41,841 nucleotides of DNA. Source: an uncultured Deferribacteres bacterium. Lineage in GTDB: Bacteria > Zhuqueibacterota > Zhuqueibacteria > Zhuqueibacterales > Geothermadaptataceae. A program made the translations under genes and the position numbers. The notes beneath the pieces are model-generated. The model was not told the DNA's origin. It saw nothing but the letters and a program-made list of their open reading frames with translations, and did not search any database. Position 1 is the first letter of the stretch; the number at the start of each line of letters is the position of its first letter. Location: NCBI GenBank assembly GCA_964014485.1, contig CAXHAT010000054.1:1-41841 (forward strand). Reading direction: 5' to 3'. This document shows, piece by piece, positions 10,826-20,895 of this stretch.

Positions 10826-11859
10826 GTGAGACGTTCCTTCGTGTTACCAGTAATTTCATGTTTTTTAAGTAAATGAGAAATATCGCCAAAATGCTTTTTG
10901 ACCCAAGTTTCGGAAAAGACGGTGTCCAAATAGCGCTCGCCGCGATCCGCCACGAGCACGACGCAATTGGCGCCGTCCGGAATGATTGGGCGAGCGTATG
11001 CTATCGACTGGACAACGCCGCCCGACGATCCGCCAATCAGTACGCCTTCTTTTAGCCCCATTCTTCGGCAGCCAAGAATGCACTCCACATCATCGACGTG
11101 AATGCAATAATCCGCCGTCGCTTTTTTGGAATGCGGCGGCTTGATGCCCGCCCCCATGCCCGGCAGTTTGCGATCCGCCGGCTTGTCGCTGAAAATCATG
11201 CTGCCGACGGCGTCGACCGCAACGACCTTTGTCTTGAGATTGTGATCTCGCACGTATTCGGAAAATCCTCGCAGCGTGCCGCACGTACTGGTTGCGCAAA
11301 AAATGAAATCCAGTTTGCCGTCTAATTCTTCTGAGATTTCTTGAATCGTTTGTTTGTGAGATTCGGGGTTTTTGAGGTTCGAGTATTGATCGGGCCAGTA
11401 GCTGCTCTTGATGGTTTTGAGCAAATGCTGCACGCGGTTCAATCGAGCTTGCAGAAATTCGCCGGTTATCGGATCAGGCTCCTCCACCAAATCGATTTCC
11501 GCCCCCAGCGCGCGCAGGATGCGAATATTTTGCTGGGTCGTTTTTACGTCCACGACGCAGATGAATCGAATGTTGAGCGCGCGGCAAATCTGGGCAATGC
11601 CAATCCCCATGTTGCCGGAACTCGATTCGACAATGACCGTGTCCGACGTAATATTGCCGTTCTCGATTTCTTGTTTGAGAACTCTGAGCGCCGGACGATC
11701 TTTCAAACTGCCGCCCGGGTTCAACATTTCCAATTTGGCGTAGACGTTGAAGGGCCAGTTCTTGAAGAGATTCGAGAGTTTTATCAGCGGCGTGTTGCCG
11801 ATAGCCGGCAGAACGCCTTGTGAAAACGGGTCCGTAGACTGAAGCAATGAAGAATGCAT
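10804..11859 (-). CDS. sbnA: 2,3-diaminopropionate biosynthesis protein SbnA (PLP-dependent, cysteine synthase family)
   Basis: IGNTPL, KLEMLNPGGSLKDR, ESSSGNMG, FLQARLNRV, YWPDQYSN, ATSTCGT, DAVGS, RKLPGMGA and DRGERYLDT; overlaps sbnB by 22 nt. Alternative TTG start at 11865. Confidence 0.9.
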   Translation of the reverse strand: MHSSLLQSTDPFSQGVLPAIGNTPLIKLSNLFKNWPFNVYAKLEMLNPGGSLKDRPALRVLKQEIENGNITSDTVIVESSSGNMGIGIAQICRALNIRFICVVDVKTTQQNIRILRALGAEIDLVEEPDPITGEFLQARLNRVQHLLKTIKSSYWPDQYSNLKNPESHKQTIQEISEELDGKLDFIFCATSTCGTLRGFSEYVRDHNLKTKVVAVDAVGSMIFSDKPADRKLPGMGAGIKPPHSKKATADYCIHVDDVECILGCRRMGLKEGVLIGGSSGGVVQSIAYARPIIPDGANCVVLVADRGERYLDTVFSETWVKKHFGDISHLLKKHEITGNTKERLTCLKTVS

Positions 11860-11867
11860 AATCAAAT

Positions 11868-12674
11868 TCAGGGTTTTGAGTTTTCGAGCGTTATCATCCT
11901 ATCGTCATTTCGCAATTCCGTATAAATTTCGAGACACTCCGCAACGTGTTGTCTAAAGCTGTTGTTTGCTGGAAATTCTGTTATCTCCGGGGGCGTTTCC
12001 ACCGCTGGTTGCAAACCTGTGCTTTTGAGCACGCGCCGATACCAGTGGCTTTGCTCATCCCAAAGCTGGCCGATTTCAACTTTGTCCATGGATTCCCAGG
12101 AAAGGAATTTCTCCGAAAAAGGGAGGGAAGATTTTTCGAAGACGGACTGAAATATCGTCCGGGAGTGGTTTCTGAAATCTGTAGAATCGACTATCCAATA
12201 GGGAATTTTTTCTTTTTTGCAAAGCGCTAACTGCCGGATGAGATCGTCCCAGCCGGATTCAATGGCTGGAAAAACCGCATCTTGCCCGCCTTGTTTTCTT
12301 TTATTCATCCTTGAAAAAACGCTCAGGCGCGGGTCGCGAATCAGAAAAAAAATGGGGTGCGAGGTCAAAGATGCATAATCTAAAAAACGCTCCCCGACCT
12401 GAAAAGTCATCTCCTTGACGACAAGTCCGGCTCCTGCCTTCGAACGGTTCAGCACGCTGAGGTCAAGGGCGTTGAGAAGCGCGTTTTGGACGTCGTTCAT
12501 TTCCAGATTGCGGTGGTAGATCAAATCAAACGGTTCGTGGCAATAGTAACGAATGGAAGGCTGCTCCCAAAAAACGCGGGCGAATGCGGTGGAAGAAGTG
12601 CGCGGCGGCGCGATGATAAGATAAATATCGGAATATTTCTCGATGACTTTTTTCAAAACGTTCCTCTTGTCCAA
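11868..12674 (-). CDS. PAPS-dependent sulfotransferase-family protein (Sulfotransfer_5-like)
   Basis: 5'-PSB-like loop IIAPPRTSSTAF, then HEPF, VKEM and a 3'-PB-like FLIRDPR..S; C-terminal WY..VLKSTG. Confidence 0.75.
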   Translation of the reverse strand: MDKRNVLKKVIEKYSDIYLIIAPPRTSSTAFARVFWEQPSIRYYCHEPFDLIYHRNLEMNDVQNALLNALDLSVLNRSKAGAGLVVKEMTFQVGERFLDYASLTSHPIFFLIRDPRLSVFSRMNKRKQGGQDAVFPAIESGWDDLIRQLALCKKEKIPYWIVDSTDFRNHSRTIFQSVFEKSSLPFSEKFLSWESMDKVEIGQLWDEQSHWYRRVLKSTGLQPAVETPPEITEFPANNSFRQHVAECLEIYTELRNDDRMITLENSKP

Positions 12675-13957
12675 TTAACGATTAAATGTGCAAGTACTTT
12701 GGCGCATTGTACGATTTGTTCGATCTCGATAAATTCATCCACGGTATGCGCTTGCGCGACGTCTCCCGGGCCGTAGAGCACGGCGGGCACGTTGCCGTGA
12801 TTGGTGAAAAGCCGGAGATCGGAGCCGTAAGTGACGCCCTGAATTTCTGGATCGGCGCTATGCGTTTCCTTGTGCGCCGCACGCAAGTTTTTGACAATCG
12901 CGGAGTCGAGCGGCGTTTCCCCAGGCTCAAACTGGCCCTCAAACCATGCGACGGCGGGAGGGTGTTGTGCGAGCCATTCATCTTGCGCTGCTGTTTTCGA
13001 AATCACTGTTTCAAACGCTTTTCTTGCTTCAGGCAAGGCCTCGCCGGGAAAAACGCCCGCCCGTCCTTCAGCGACCAAAATTTCCGGCACGCTGGAGTGC
13101 CAATCCCCGGCGCGAACTGTTCCGATGCTGATTGGCGCAATGCAGTTGGGATCGGAGAAAACAGGATTTTGGCGGCGCGCGTGCCTTTTCCGGTCGAAAG
13201 CTTCAAGCGCTTTGAAAATCGGGATCATCTTTTCAATGGCGCAGACCCCGGTATTTTTCAGGCACGCGTGCGCGGCTTTCCCGTGAATTTTGAGGCGAAA
13301 GGTCATGGCTCCGGCCTGCGTTGGGCAAATGCGCAAGCGCGTCGGTTCCATGATGACGGCCGCGTCCGCGCGATAACCTGCAACCAAGGTCGTCAATGTG
13401 CCCACACCGCCGCTTTCCTCGCCAATCACGCTTTGGAGCAGAACCTCGCCTCCTGGCTGAAAGCCGATTTTCTGCAACGCTTCTACGGCAAAAATTGCGG
13501 CGCTCAAACCCGATTTCATATCGCAGGAGCCGCGACCGTATAGGTTGCCGTTTTCGATACGTCCGCTCCAGGGCGAATGCCGCCACAGGGATTCGTCGCC
13601 GGGCGAGACAACGTCGACGTGACCGTTGAGAATCAGACTTCTTCCTTTTGCAAAATTTGTCGCTGTTTTTACGCCGCGCCACTTTCCGACCACGTTAATA
13701 CGGTCTTGAAACGGAACGCCGTCGTCGCAAAATGCCGGATGGTCTTCCAAATCTTGCCGAATCGAGGGAATGATTTCGACCTGCAGGTTGAGGTGCTGAA
13801 GCTTCTGCGTGATGATTTTTTGCACCGCCTGCTCGTTTCCCGGCAAGCTGGGCGTTTGCACCAACTGCTGGGCAAAGCGAATCATTTCCGCTGAAATTTG
13901 CTCGACCGCCTGGTCGATTTGGGCGTGATTTGGAGCCGCGCGTTTTGAACTCGCCAT
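12653..13957 (-). CDS. ArgE/DapE-family M20 metallo-deacylase/peptidase
   Basis: SLILNGHVDVV, LYGRGSCDMKSG, GEESGG, MEPT, GKAAHA, GSDLR and YGPGDVAQAHTVDE. Confidence 0.92.
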   Translation of the reverse strand: MASSKRAAPNHAQIDQAVEQISAEMIRFAQQLVQTPSLPGNEQAVQKIITQKLQHLNLQVEIIPSIRQDLEDHPAFCDDGVPFQDRINVVGKWRGVKTATNFAKGRSLILNGHVDVVSPGDESLWRHSPWSGRIENGNLYGRGSCDMKSGLSAAIFAVEALQKIGFQPGGEVLLQSVIGEESGGVGTLTTLVAGYRADAAVIMEPTRLRICPTQAGAMTFRLKIHGKAAHACLKNTGVCAIEKMIPIFKALEAFDRKRHARRQNPVFSDPNCIAPISIGTVRAGDWHSSVPEILVAEGRAGVFPGEALPEARKAFETVISKTAAQDEWLAQHPPAVAWFEGQFEPGETPLDSAIVKNLRAAHKETHSADPEIQGVTYGSDLRLFTNHGNVPAVLYGPGDVAQAHTVDEFIEIEQIVQCAKVLAHLIVNWTRGTF

Positions 13958-14017
13958 AAAAGATCGTTTTGAAACTGAGAATAATGCTTGGGAAATTGTT
14001 TCGTTGCTCGGTGTGCT

Positions 14018-14554
14018 TCAAGAAGTATAGGCTCGAAGCATGGCAAAAATGACCACGCCCGTGACAGAGACGTACATCCAGATCGGGAACGTCCAACGTG
14101 CAAAGCGAGGGTGCTTGGCGAAATTCTTGGTGAGAGCGAGGTAGAGCGTGTAGAGAATCAACGGCAGCATGACCACCGAGAGCACGATGTGTGAGAAAAG
14201 AATGAAAAGATAAATCCCCTTCACCAGTCCCGTGCCGGGAAATACAGTGTGTCCGGTAAAATTGTGATAAATGACGTAAGAAATGAGAAACAACGCCGAG
14301 AAGACAATTGCTGAGAGCATGAATCGCATATGCGTGTCCTGCGCGCCGCGTTTGATGGCGCGAAAGCCAAGAACAAGGCAAATTGCGCTTAATGTGTTAA
14401 AAGTCGCGTTGAGTGCGGGCAATTTGGACACTGTCTCGGAAAACTCCGGCGAGGGGCCTTTAAAATAAATCAGCCAAAACAAAAACAGCGTGATCGCGCC
14501 GCTGATGGAAAATATGATTGTGAGTACCAGTCGATTGTTTTCTTTTTGCGTCAT
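14018..14554 (-). CDS. DUF420-family membrane protein
   Basis: LPALNATFN, H.RFM..A...SALFLISY..YH, ILFSHIVLS and H.RFARWT.PIW.YVSVTGV; ATG at 14554 gives 178 aa. Confidence 0.88.
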   Translation of the reverse strand: MTQKENNRLVLTIIFSISGAITLFLFWLIYFKGPSPEFSETVSKLPALNATFNTLSAICLVLGFRAIKRGAQDTHMRFMLSAIVFSALFLISYVIYHNFTGHTVFPGTGLVKGIYLFILFSHIVLSVVMLPLILYTLYLALTKNFAKHPRFARWTFPIWMYVSVTGVVIFAMLRAYTS

Positions 14555-14777
14555 AATCGAGTCAAGCGTTCCAGTAAAAAAAATGCCATGAATTTTTTGC
14601 CGCGCGAAGTGTACAACGCCGCGCGGCAAGGCGCAAGGAAAACAGGATTTCGCTGGTCTGATCGTTTTGCGAAACAACCCGAAAGTCTTGCGACAGCGCG
14701 ATGGCGTGACTAACTTGGCGAAAAAACAAACTGGTTGCACGAAGCACATTTTTTTTTGACTGTTGCGGAGGAAATCG

Positions 14778-17222
14778 ATGAAGTTTTTGAAAGCGGCGAT
14801 TGGCGTCGCTTTGTGTGCGGTGACGTTCTATTTTTTTAATTTCGCCCAAAATATCGCGGGATTTCCTTTGCCGCCGCTGGGCAAGTTTCTGAACCCGTTC
14901 ATGGGATTTTGGCAGAACAATGGTCGGCTGGACGCATTGCCCGAACAGTTGACGCTGGCGGGTTTGCAGGACGAAGTAAGCGTCGTTTGGGACGACCGCC
15001 GCGTACCGCATATTTTCGCGCAGAACGACCACGACCTTTATTTTGCGCAAGGCTACGTTACCGCCCGCGACCGGTTGTGGCAGATGGAGTTTCAAACGCA
15101 ATTCACGGCCGGCAGACTCTCGGAGATTCTCGGCGGACAGGCGCTTGCTTCCGATAAAAATCAACGCCGCCTGGGGCTGGGATTTGCGGCGGAGAACGCG
15201 ATAAAAGCGATGTCGAAGAATGCTGAGAACATGGCGGTGATTAACGCCTATGCTGACGGCGTGAACGCTTTTATCGCGACGTTGGACGCGCAGAGCCTTC
15301 CGTTAGAATACAAGCTTCTCGATTATGAACCGGAGCTTTGGACGCCGCTCAAATCCGCACTTTTGCTCAAAATGATGAGCTGGACGCTGACCGGGCGAAG
15401 CTCTGATCGCACGATGACGCGAACCCGCAAAGCGCTTGGCGACAGCTTGCTGCGAAAACTCTATCCAGAATACCCGCCGTTTCAAGAACCCATCATTCCG
15501 CCGCAGACGCAGTGGCGATTCACCCCGGAAAAAATCCCCGCCGCCGCGCCGCAATTCGACGCTGCCGCGCCCTCGAATTTTGAACTTGAGCAACCGGACA
15601 AATGGTACGGCAGTAACAACTGGGCGATTTCCGGAGCCAAAAGCGCCAACGGCTACCCGATTTTGAGCAATGACCCGCATCTCGGCTTGAGTCTGCCTTC
15701 TATTTGGTATGAGATGCAATTGAACGCGCCTGGCGTAAACGTCTACGGCGTGACGCTGCCGGGCAGCCCGGCCGTTATCATCGGCTTTAACGAGAGCGCA
15801 GCCTGGGGCGTGACCAACGCCGGGTCGGACGTTTTGGATTGGTATCAGATTAAATTTAAGGACGCTTCACGCACTGAATATTTTTATGACGGTGATTGGC
15901 GACCGACAAAAATGCGCATCGAAGAAATAAAGATTCGCGGCGGCGAAACGGTGCTTGACACGGTTTTTTACACGCACCACGGCCCGGTCGTGGCTTTTGA
16001 AAACGCGGGAAATGTGAGCGCGAACAGTCAGGTGGCGCCGGGAGCGGCCATGCGTTGGGCGCCGCATGAGCCTTCGAATGAATTGAACGCTTTTCTCAAA
16101 CTGAACCGTGCGCAAGACTACGACGATTATTTATCGGCGCTCAAAGATTATGATTATCCGGCGCAAAACTTCGTCTACGCTGACGTTCACAATAATATCG
16201 CCATTTGGCACAATGGAAAATTTCCTCTACGCTGGCCTGGACAGGGGAAATTTATTTTGGACGGCTCGAATCCTGAGCATGATTGGCAAGGGTGGGTGCC
16301 GAAGGAACACAATCCGCATGTGAAAAATCCGGAGCGCGGTTTTGTTAGTTCGGCGAATCAAAATCCGACCGATCCGAATTATCCGTACTATTTGGGGTCG
16401 AGTTGGGCGTCTTTTACGCGCGGCGCACGCATTAACGAGCGCTTGGAAGCGTTGCAAGGCGCCGCCCCGCGGGACATGATGGCTCTGCAATTGGATAACG
16501 CCAATCTGGCCGCCCGAACCATCTTGCCTCGGCTAATCGAGATAATTCCCGAAGATAGTCTCAATCAAAATGAAAAAGCGATGATGAAATCGCTCAAGGC
16601 CTGGAATTATGAGAACAACGCTTTCTGGGATGCGCCGACGATCTACGAAGAATGGGCGGATTTCTTGTACGAGCTGATTTGGGACGATGAGATGGAGCGC
16701 GAAAACGGAAATTTGCGCTGGCCACGTTCCGACGTGACCTTCGATTTAATTCTCAATCAGTCGGACAGCCCGTTTTTTGACAACAAAAAAACCGACGAAA
16801 AGGAAACGTTGCCCAGTCTTGCTCTTCTGGCCTTTCGGCAAGCGGCGGAAAAACTGGAAAAACGCTTTGGCGCTTTGGGCAAAGATTGGGCGTGGGGAAA
16901 GGCGCGCGGCACGGATATTCGACACATAGCGAGACTGCCCGGACTGGGGCGCGACCGTCTGTTTACCAACGGCAACGGCGGAATCGTCAACGCGACGGGG
17001 CGGTTTTTCGGACCGTCATGGCGCATGGTGGTCGAGCTTGGCCCTGAGGTGAAGGGCTGGGGCGTTTATCCGGGCGGACAATCCGGGAATCCGGGATCAT
17101 ATTTTTATGACGACATGGTTGACGATTGGGTGGAAGGTAAAACGTTTTCGCTGTTATTCTTGAAATCGCCCGATGAAAACAACGAAAGCATTGAACACAA
17201 AATGATGATGAGGCGGCAATGA
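14778..17222 (+). CDS. Penicillin acylase family (Ntn-hydrolase S45; penicillin/AHL acylase)
   Basis: VPHIFA...YFAQGYVTARDRLWQME, GSNNW (beta-chain Ser nucleophile), NDPHL, SANQ, GPSWR and PGGQSG; RBS ggagg before ATG 14778; N-terminal membrane anchor. Confidence 0.93.
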   Translation: MKFLKAAIGVALCAVTFYFFNFAQNIAGFPLPPLGKFLNPFMGFWQNNGRLDALPEQLTLAGLQDEVSVVWDDRRVPHIFAQNDHDLYFAQGYVTARDRLWQMEFQTQFTAGRLSEILGGQALASDKNQRRLGLGFAAENAIKAMSKNAENMAVINAYADGVNAFIATLDAQSLPLEYKLLDYEPELWTPLKSALLLKMMSWTLTGRSSDRTMTRTRKALGDSLLRKLYPEYPPFQEPIIPPQTQWRFTPEKIPAAAPQFDAAAPSNFELEQPDKWYGSNNWAISGAKSANGYPILSNDPHLGLSLPSIWYEMQLNAPGVNVYGVTLPGSPAVIIGFNESAAWGVTNAGSDVLDWYQIKFKDASRTEYFYDGDWRPTKMRIEEIKIRGGETVLDTVFYTHHGPVVAFENAGNVSANSQVAPGAAMRWAPHEPSNELNAFLKLNRAQDYDDYLSALKDYDYPAQNFVYADVHNNIAIWHNGKFPLRWPGQGKFILDGSNPEHDWQGWVPKEHNPHVKNPERGFVSSANQNPTDPNYPYYLGSSWASFTRGARINERLEALQGAAPRDMMALQLDNANLAARTILPRLIEIIPEDSLNQNEKAMMKSLKAWNYENNAFWDAPTIYEEWADFLYELIWDDEMERENGNLRWPRSDVTFDLILNQSDSPFFDNKKTDEKETLPSLALLAFRQAAEKLEKRFGALGKDWAWGKARGTDIRHIARLPGLGRDRLFTNGNGGIVNATGRFFGPSWRMVVELGPEVKGWGVYPGGQSGNPGSYFYDDMVDDWVEGKTFSLLFLKSPDENNESIEHKMMMRRQ

Positions 17223-17572
17223 TTGGAATCGCAATTTGCTTTGTTGCAATGCTCATTTTGCAAATATTTACGCCGTTTTGGTGGTGGATTTTGGTCGTAC
17301 CTTTTGCCGGCGCAATATTTCTTTGCGACTCCGCGAAAGAAGGCTTCAAAGTCGGGTTTATTGCGGCTGGATTGCTTTGGTTGTTGGCCGGATTATTCTT
17401 CTATATTAATGGCGCTGACGTCATTTTTGGACGAACGGCGACGTTGTTGCGTATGCCGGTCTCGTGGCTTTTGTTTATTTTCACCGCCGTGATTGCGGGA
17501 TTGGCCGGCGGCGTCGGCGGACTTGGCGGTTATTGGGCGGGCGCGGCATTCTCAAACAAGGGAAGCTCATGA
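17219..17572 (+). CDS. Small membrane protein of unknown function
   Basis: 117 aa and strongly hydrophobic; ATGA overlaps with both neighbours. Confidence 0.75.
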   Translation: MIGIAICFVAMLILQIFTPFWWWILVVPFAGAIFLCDSAKEGFKVGFIAAGLLWLLAGLFFYINGADVIFGRTATLLRMPVSWLLFIFTAVIAGLAGGVGGLGGYWAGAAFSNKGSS

Positions 17573-19044
17573 AAATACGAAGAATTTTCGCGTTGTTGCT
17601 GGGCGCAACGGCATTGCTCGGACTTTGGTCAAAATCTGAGCGGACAAACTGGGGACAGTTTCGCGGGCCGGGCGGCGCAGGCGTTGCTTTGGATGCTCAA
17701 TCTCTGCCCGCCGTTTTTAATGATTCAACCAATGTGCTCTGGAAGACGCCGCTTGCCCCTGGCCACTCTTCGCCGATTATTTGGGACGAGCGAATTTTCC
17801 TGACAGCGTTTGAGAATGAGAAACTGACGACGCTTTGCTTTAACCGATCGGACGGCAAAGTTCTTTGGCGGCGAGAAGCTCCGGCGGAAAAAATTGAAAA
17901 AGGCCATAAAATACACAGCCCCGCCGCCTCAACGCCGGTGACGGACGGCCAAAGGGTTTTCGTCTATTTCGGTTCGTACGGCTTGCTGTGCTACGATTTC
18001 TCCGGCGAAGTTTTGTGGCAAAGACCGTTGCCGATTCCGAAAAATACTTTTGGTTCAGCGGCCTCGCCGATCATCGCCGGGGACTTTTTGATTTTTAATC
18101 ATGATTCGAACGAAAAATCCTGGCTGGAAGCCATCGATCCGAAATCCGGCGAGACTGTTTGGCGAACTGAGCGGGAAGGCTTTGGTTCGGGCTGGTCTAC
18201 GCCGACTTTGTGGCGCAGAAACGGCGTTGACGAACTCGTGGTCTACGGCGTGTGGTGGTTAAAAGCTTATGATTTGAAAGACGGCTCAGAACGCTGGGCC
18301 GTGCCCGGTCTTGCGGATGAACCGAGCATCACGCCAGTCATCGGCGACGGTATGGTTTTCGTGACTTCGTACAATATGAAAACCAATTTGGAAGTTGAAG
18401 GCTTGCCTGAGTTCAAGACCCTGCTGGAAAAGTATGACGCCGACAAGAACGGCCAGTTGAATCGCGAGGAATCCAAGAAAAACAAAAGCATTTTGTCACG
18501 CCACGATGCAGACGGTGAAGGCGATCATCCGCTGTCGATCTTTTTTAGATTTTTGGACGTGAACCGGGACGATCAAATCAGCGAAAAAGAGTGGGCAAAA
18601 ATCGTCGCCTGGGTCGACGGCTTTGAGCAAGAAAACGCGCTTTTGGCAATTCGCCCGCGCGATGACGGGCAAGAACCGGAAATTGTCTGGAAACACATTC
18701 GCGGCGTGCCGGAAATTCCTTCCCCGCTCTATCTCGACGGCAACGTGTATATTTTGAAAAACGGCGGCATAATTTCGTGCCTGGACGCTCAGACAGGCGC
18801 GTTGAAATACATGGAAAAGCTCGGTTCGGGCGGACCGTATTATGCTTCCACGGTTGTTGGGGACGGCAAAATCTTCGCATCATCCGCGCGCGGCGTAATT
18901 ACAGTTTTTAAGCCGGGCGATGCGTTGACGGTCTTGGCAAAGAACGATTTGCAGGAGCGCATTATGGCGACTCCGGCGCTTTGCGAGAGCAAGATTTATG
19001 TGAGAACGGAAAAAGCTCTCTACGCTTTCAGCGACGAAGATTAA
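17569..19044 (+). CDS. PQQ-binding-like (BamB-type) beta-propeller protein with an EF-hand insertion
   Basis: Signal peptide; WGQFRGPGG, NVLWKT.L.PGHSSPII, AASTPVTDG and repeated G..W motifs; EF-hand-like DADKNGQLNREE and DVNRDDQISEKE. Confidence 0.88.
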   Translation: MKIRRIFALLLGATALLGLWSKSERTNWGQFRGPGGAGVALDAQSLPAVFNDSTNVLWKTPLAPGHSSPIIWDERIFLTAFENEKLTTLCFNRSDGKVLWRREAPAEKIEKGHKIHSPAASTPVTDGQRVFVYFGSYGLLCYDFSGEVLWQRPLPIPKNTFGSAASPIIAGDFLIFNHDSNEKSWLEAIDPKSGETVWRTEREGFGSGWSTPTLWRRNGVDELVVYGVWWLKAYDLKDGSERWAVPGLADEPSITPVIGDGMVFVTSYNMKTNLEVEGLPEFKTLLEKYDADKNGQLNREESKKNKSILSRHDADGEGDHPLSIFFRFLDVNRDDQISEKEWAKIVAWVDGFEQENALLAIRPRDDGQEPEIVWKHIRGVPEIPSPLYLDGNVYILKNGGIISCLDAQTGALKYMEKLGSGGPYYASTVVGDGKIFASSARGVITVFKPGDALTVLAKNDLQERIMATPALCESKIYVRTEKALYAFSDED

Positions 19045-19129
19045 TTTTATATTTTCGCAATTTTTATTTGGGAAAATCTTTTGGCGTTTGTTATACTGCC
19101 CGTCCGCCTAAAATGAAAAAGAATCGAAC

Positions 19130-19672
19130 TTGAAGCGAGCGTTTCCTATGGTTCGGGTAATTGACAATCGAGAAGCATTTCATGAAGATATTCGAAGATT
19201 TTGGGACGCTCTGACGCTGTCGATGGGGGACAATCCATTTTCCATTGCTGCGATTCAGGGGGTGTCACTCACTTTCCACGATGAAGATTCTCAACTTTCA
19301 CCCGATGAAAACTGCTACAGCCAATTTCGCCCTGACGTTTTGGCCATAGATATTTTTACGACCAATCTGAATCGATTTTGGGAAGAAATGTTTCCTGGCT
19401 GCGCTCCAGAGTTGAAATATCGCTACGCTTGCTGGCGTGAGCTGTGGCACTTCTGGAATCACTCGCGTTTTGCCCCCTTAAAGTTCACTTTGGGCGAAGA
19501 TTGGCTCTATTTTCTGGAAAATTTTTCGCGACTGTCGTTTCTGCAGTCAGAATATTTGGCGCAGTACTTCGCGGCCATGGCCACTTCCGTCATCGACCGC
19601 GACTATGACAAGGCGCTTGCTTTTAACAAAGTTTCCACCTTTAGGGACGATGCGATTTCGACGATTTTGTAA
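19130..19672 (+). CDS. Hypothetical protein, possibly a degenerate ImmA/IrrE-like fold
   Basis: 180-aa ORF filling the intergenic gap; RYACWRELWH...EYLAQYFAA. Start could be ATG 19148. Confidence 0.6.
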   Translation: MKRAFPMVRVIDNREAFHEDIRRFWDALTLSMGDNPFSIAAIQGVSLTFHDEDSQLSPDENCYSQFRPDVLAIDIFTTNLNRFWEEMFPGCAPELKYRYACWRELWHFWNHSRFAPLKFTLGEDWLYFLENFSRLSFLQSEYLAQYFAAMATSVIDRDYDKALAFNKVSTFRDDAISTIL

Positions 19673-19780
19673 AGTTAATTTTCTTGATTTTGAATGTCAC
19701 TTTCTTTAGTTTCCGCATTCTAAAAATTCCTCTAAATTCTCACCCGACACATCAATTTTTGTCGATAAATACGGTTCAGG

Positions 19781-20863
19781 ATGATGTATGCACTGATTAT
19801 GGCCGGAGGAAGCGGCACCCGATTTTGGCCTCGCAGCCGCAAAAAACACCCAAAACAATTGCTGAAGATTCACGGCGAAAGCACGATGATTCAGCAAACC
19901 GTTGAGCGCTTAAAACCGATTATCCCCGCAGAAAAAATTTTCATTGTTTCCACCAAAGTCCAAATTTCCGCAATAGCCGACCAGCTTCCAGAAATCCCTT
20001 CTCAAAATTTAATTGTTGAACCGCAAGGCAAGAACACGGCCCCTTGCATAGGTCTTGGCGCTCTGCACATCGACGAGGCGGAGCAAGATGCGGTGATGGT
20101 CGTTCTGCCGGCAGACCATTTGGTCGGCGATGAAGATAGTTTCCTGCAACGGCTCCAGCAAGGCGCCGAAATCGCCGGCAAAACAAGTGCGCTGGTGACT
20201 TTGGGCGTTAAACCGACCTATCCAGCCACCGGCTACGGCTATATCCAGCACACGGACGAAGCCGTGACGTCAGAGAACGGGGCGGCGGCGTACAAGGTCA
20301 AAACCTTCGCGGAAAAACCCACGCTTGGCACCGCAAAACGATTTCTGGAGAGCGGGGACTTCCTCTGGAACAGCGGCATTTTTATCTGGAAAACCTCTGT
20401 GATACTTTCCGAGATCGAAAAGCTTTTGCCTGATATGTACGACGGTCTGAATACAATACGCACCGCATTTGGCGAAGAGGATGAAGCCGCGACTTTGGAG
20501 CGCGTTTATCGCCAAATCAAGAGCATTAGTATAGACTACGGCGTTATGGAATATGCAAAAAACGTCATGGTTTTACCCGGCGATTTCGGATGGAATGACT
20601 TGGGAAGCTGGGAGGAAGTCTATAAAATTCAAGCGAAAGACGATGACGGCAACGTCGCCGGGGAACGCGATATTTTAGTTGACACCAAGAATTCCTTTTT
20701 TAGTGCTGAAAGCGGCGGAAAAACAATTGCCGCTATTGGTCTAGACGACTTTATTGTCGTCGATATGGACGACGCCCTCCTCATCTGCCCTCGCGATAGA
20801 GTGCAAGATGTGAAGCGGGTCGTTGACATTCTGAAGCGCCGGAAAGCGGAAGAATTATTGTGA
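19781..20863 (+). CDS. manC: Mannose-1-phosphate guanylyltransferase
   Basis: IMAGGSGTRFWPRSR...PKQ, EPQGKNTAPC, PADH, PATGYGYI, FAEKP, WNSGIF, SIDYGVME and WNDLGSW; no C-terminal PMI cupin. Confidence 0.93.
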   Translation: MMYALIMAGGSGTRFWPRSRKKHPKQLLKIHGESTMIQQTVERLKPIIPAEKIFIVSTKVQISAIADQLPEIPSQNLIVEPQGKNTAPCIGLGALHIDEAEQDAVMVVLPADHLVGDEDSFLQRLQQGAEIAGKTSALVTLGVKPTYPATGYGYIQHTDEAVTSENGAAAYKVKTFAEKPTLGTAKRFLESGDFLWNSGIFIWKTSVILSEIEKLLPDMYDGLNTIRTAFGEEDEAATLERVYRQIKSISIDYGVMEYAKNVMVLPGDFGWNDLGSWEEVYKIQAKDDDGNVAGERDILVDTKNSFFSAESGGKTIAAIGLDDFIVVDMDDALLICPRDRVQDVKRVVDILKRRKAEELL

Positions 20864-20895
20864 GACTGCGCAATTGCGTGCGCGGTTAAAGCTAA

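Noticed and set aside
14555..14749. 65-aa N-terminal extension of the DUF420 ORF
   Set aside because: It spans the divergent promoter region; the family-like sequence begins at ATG 14554.
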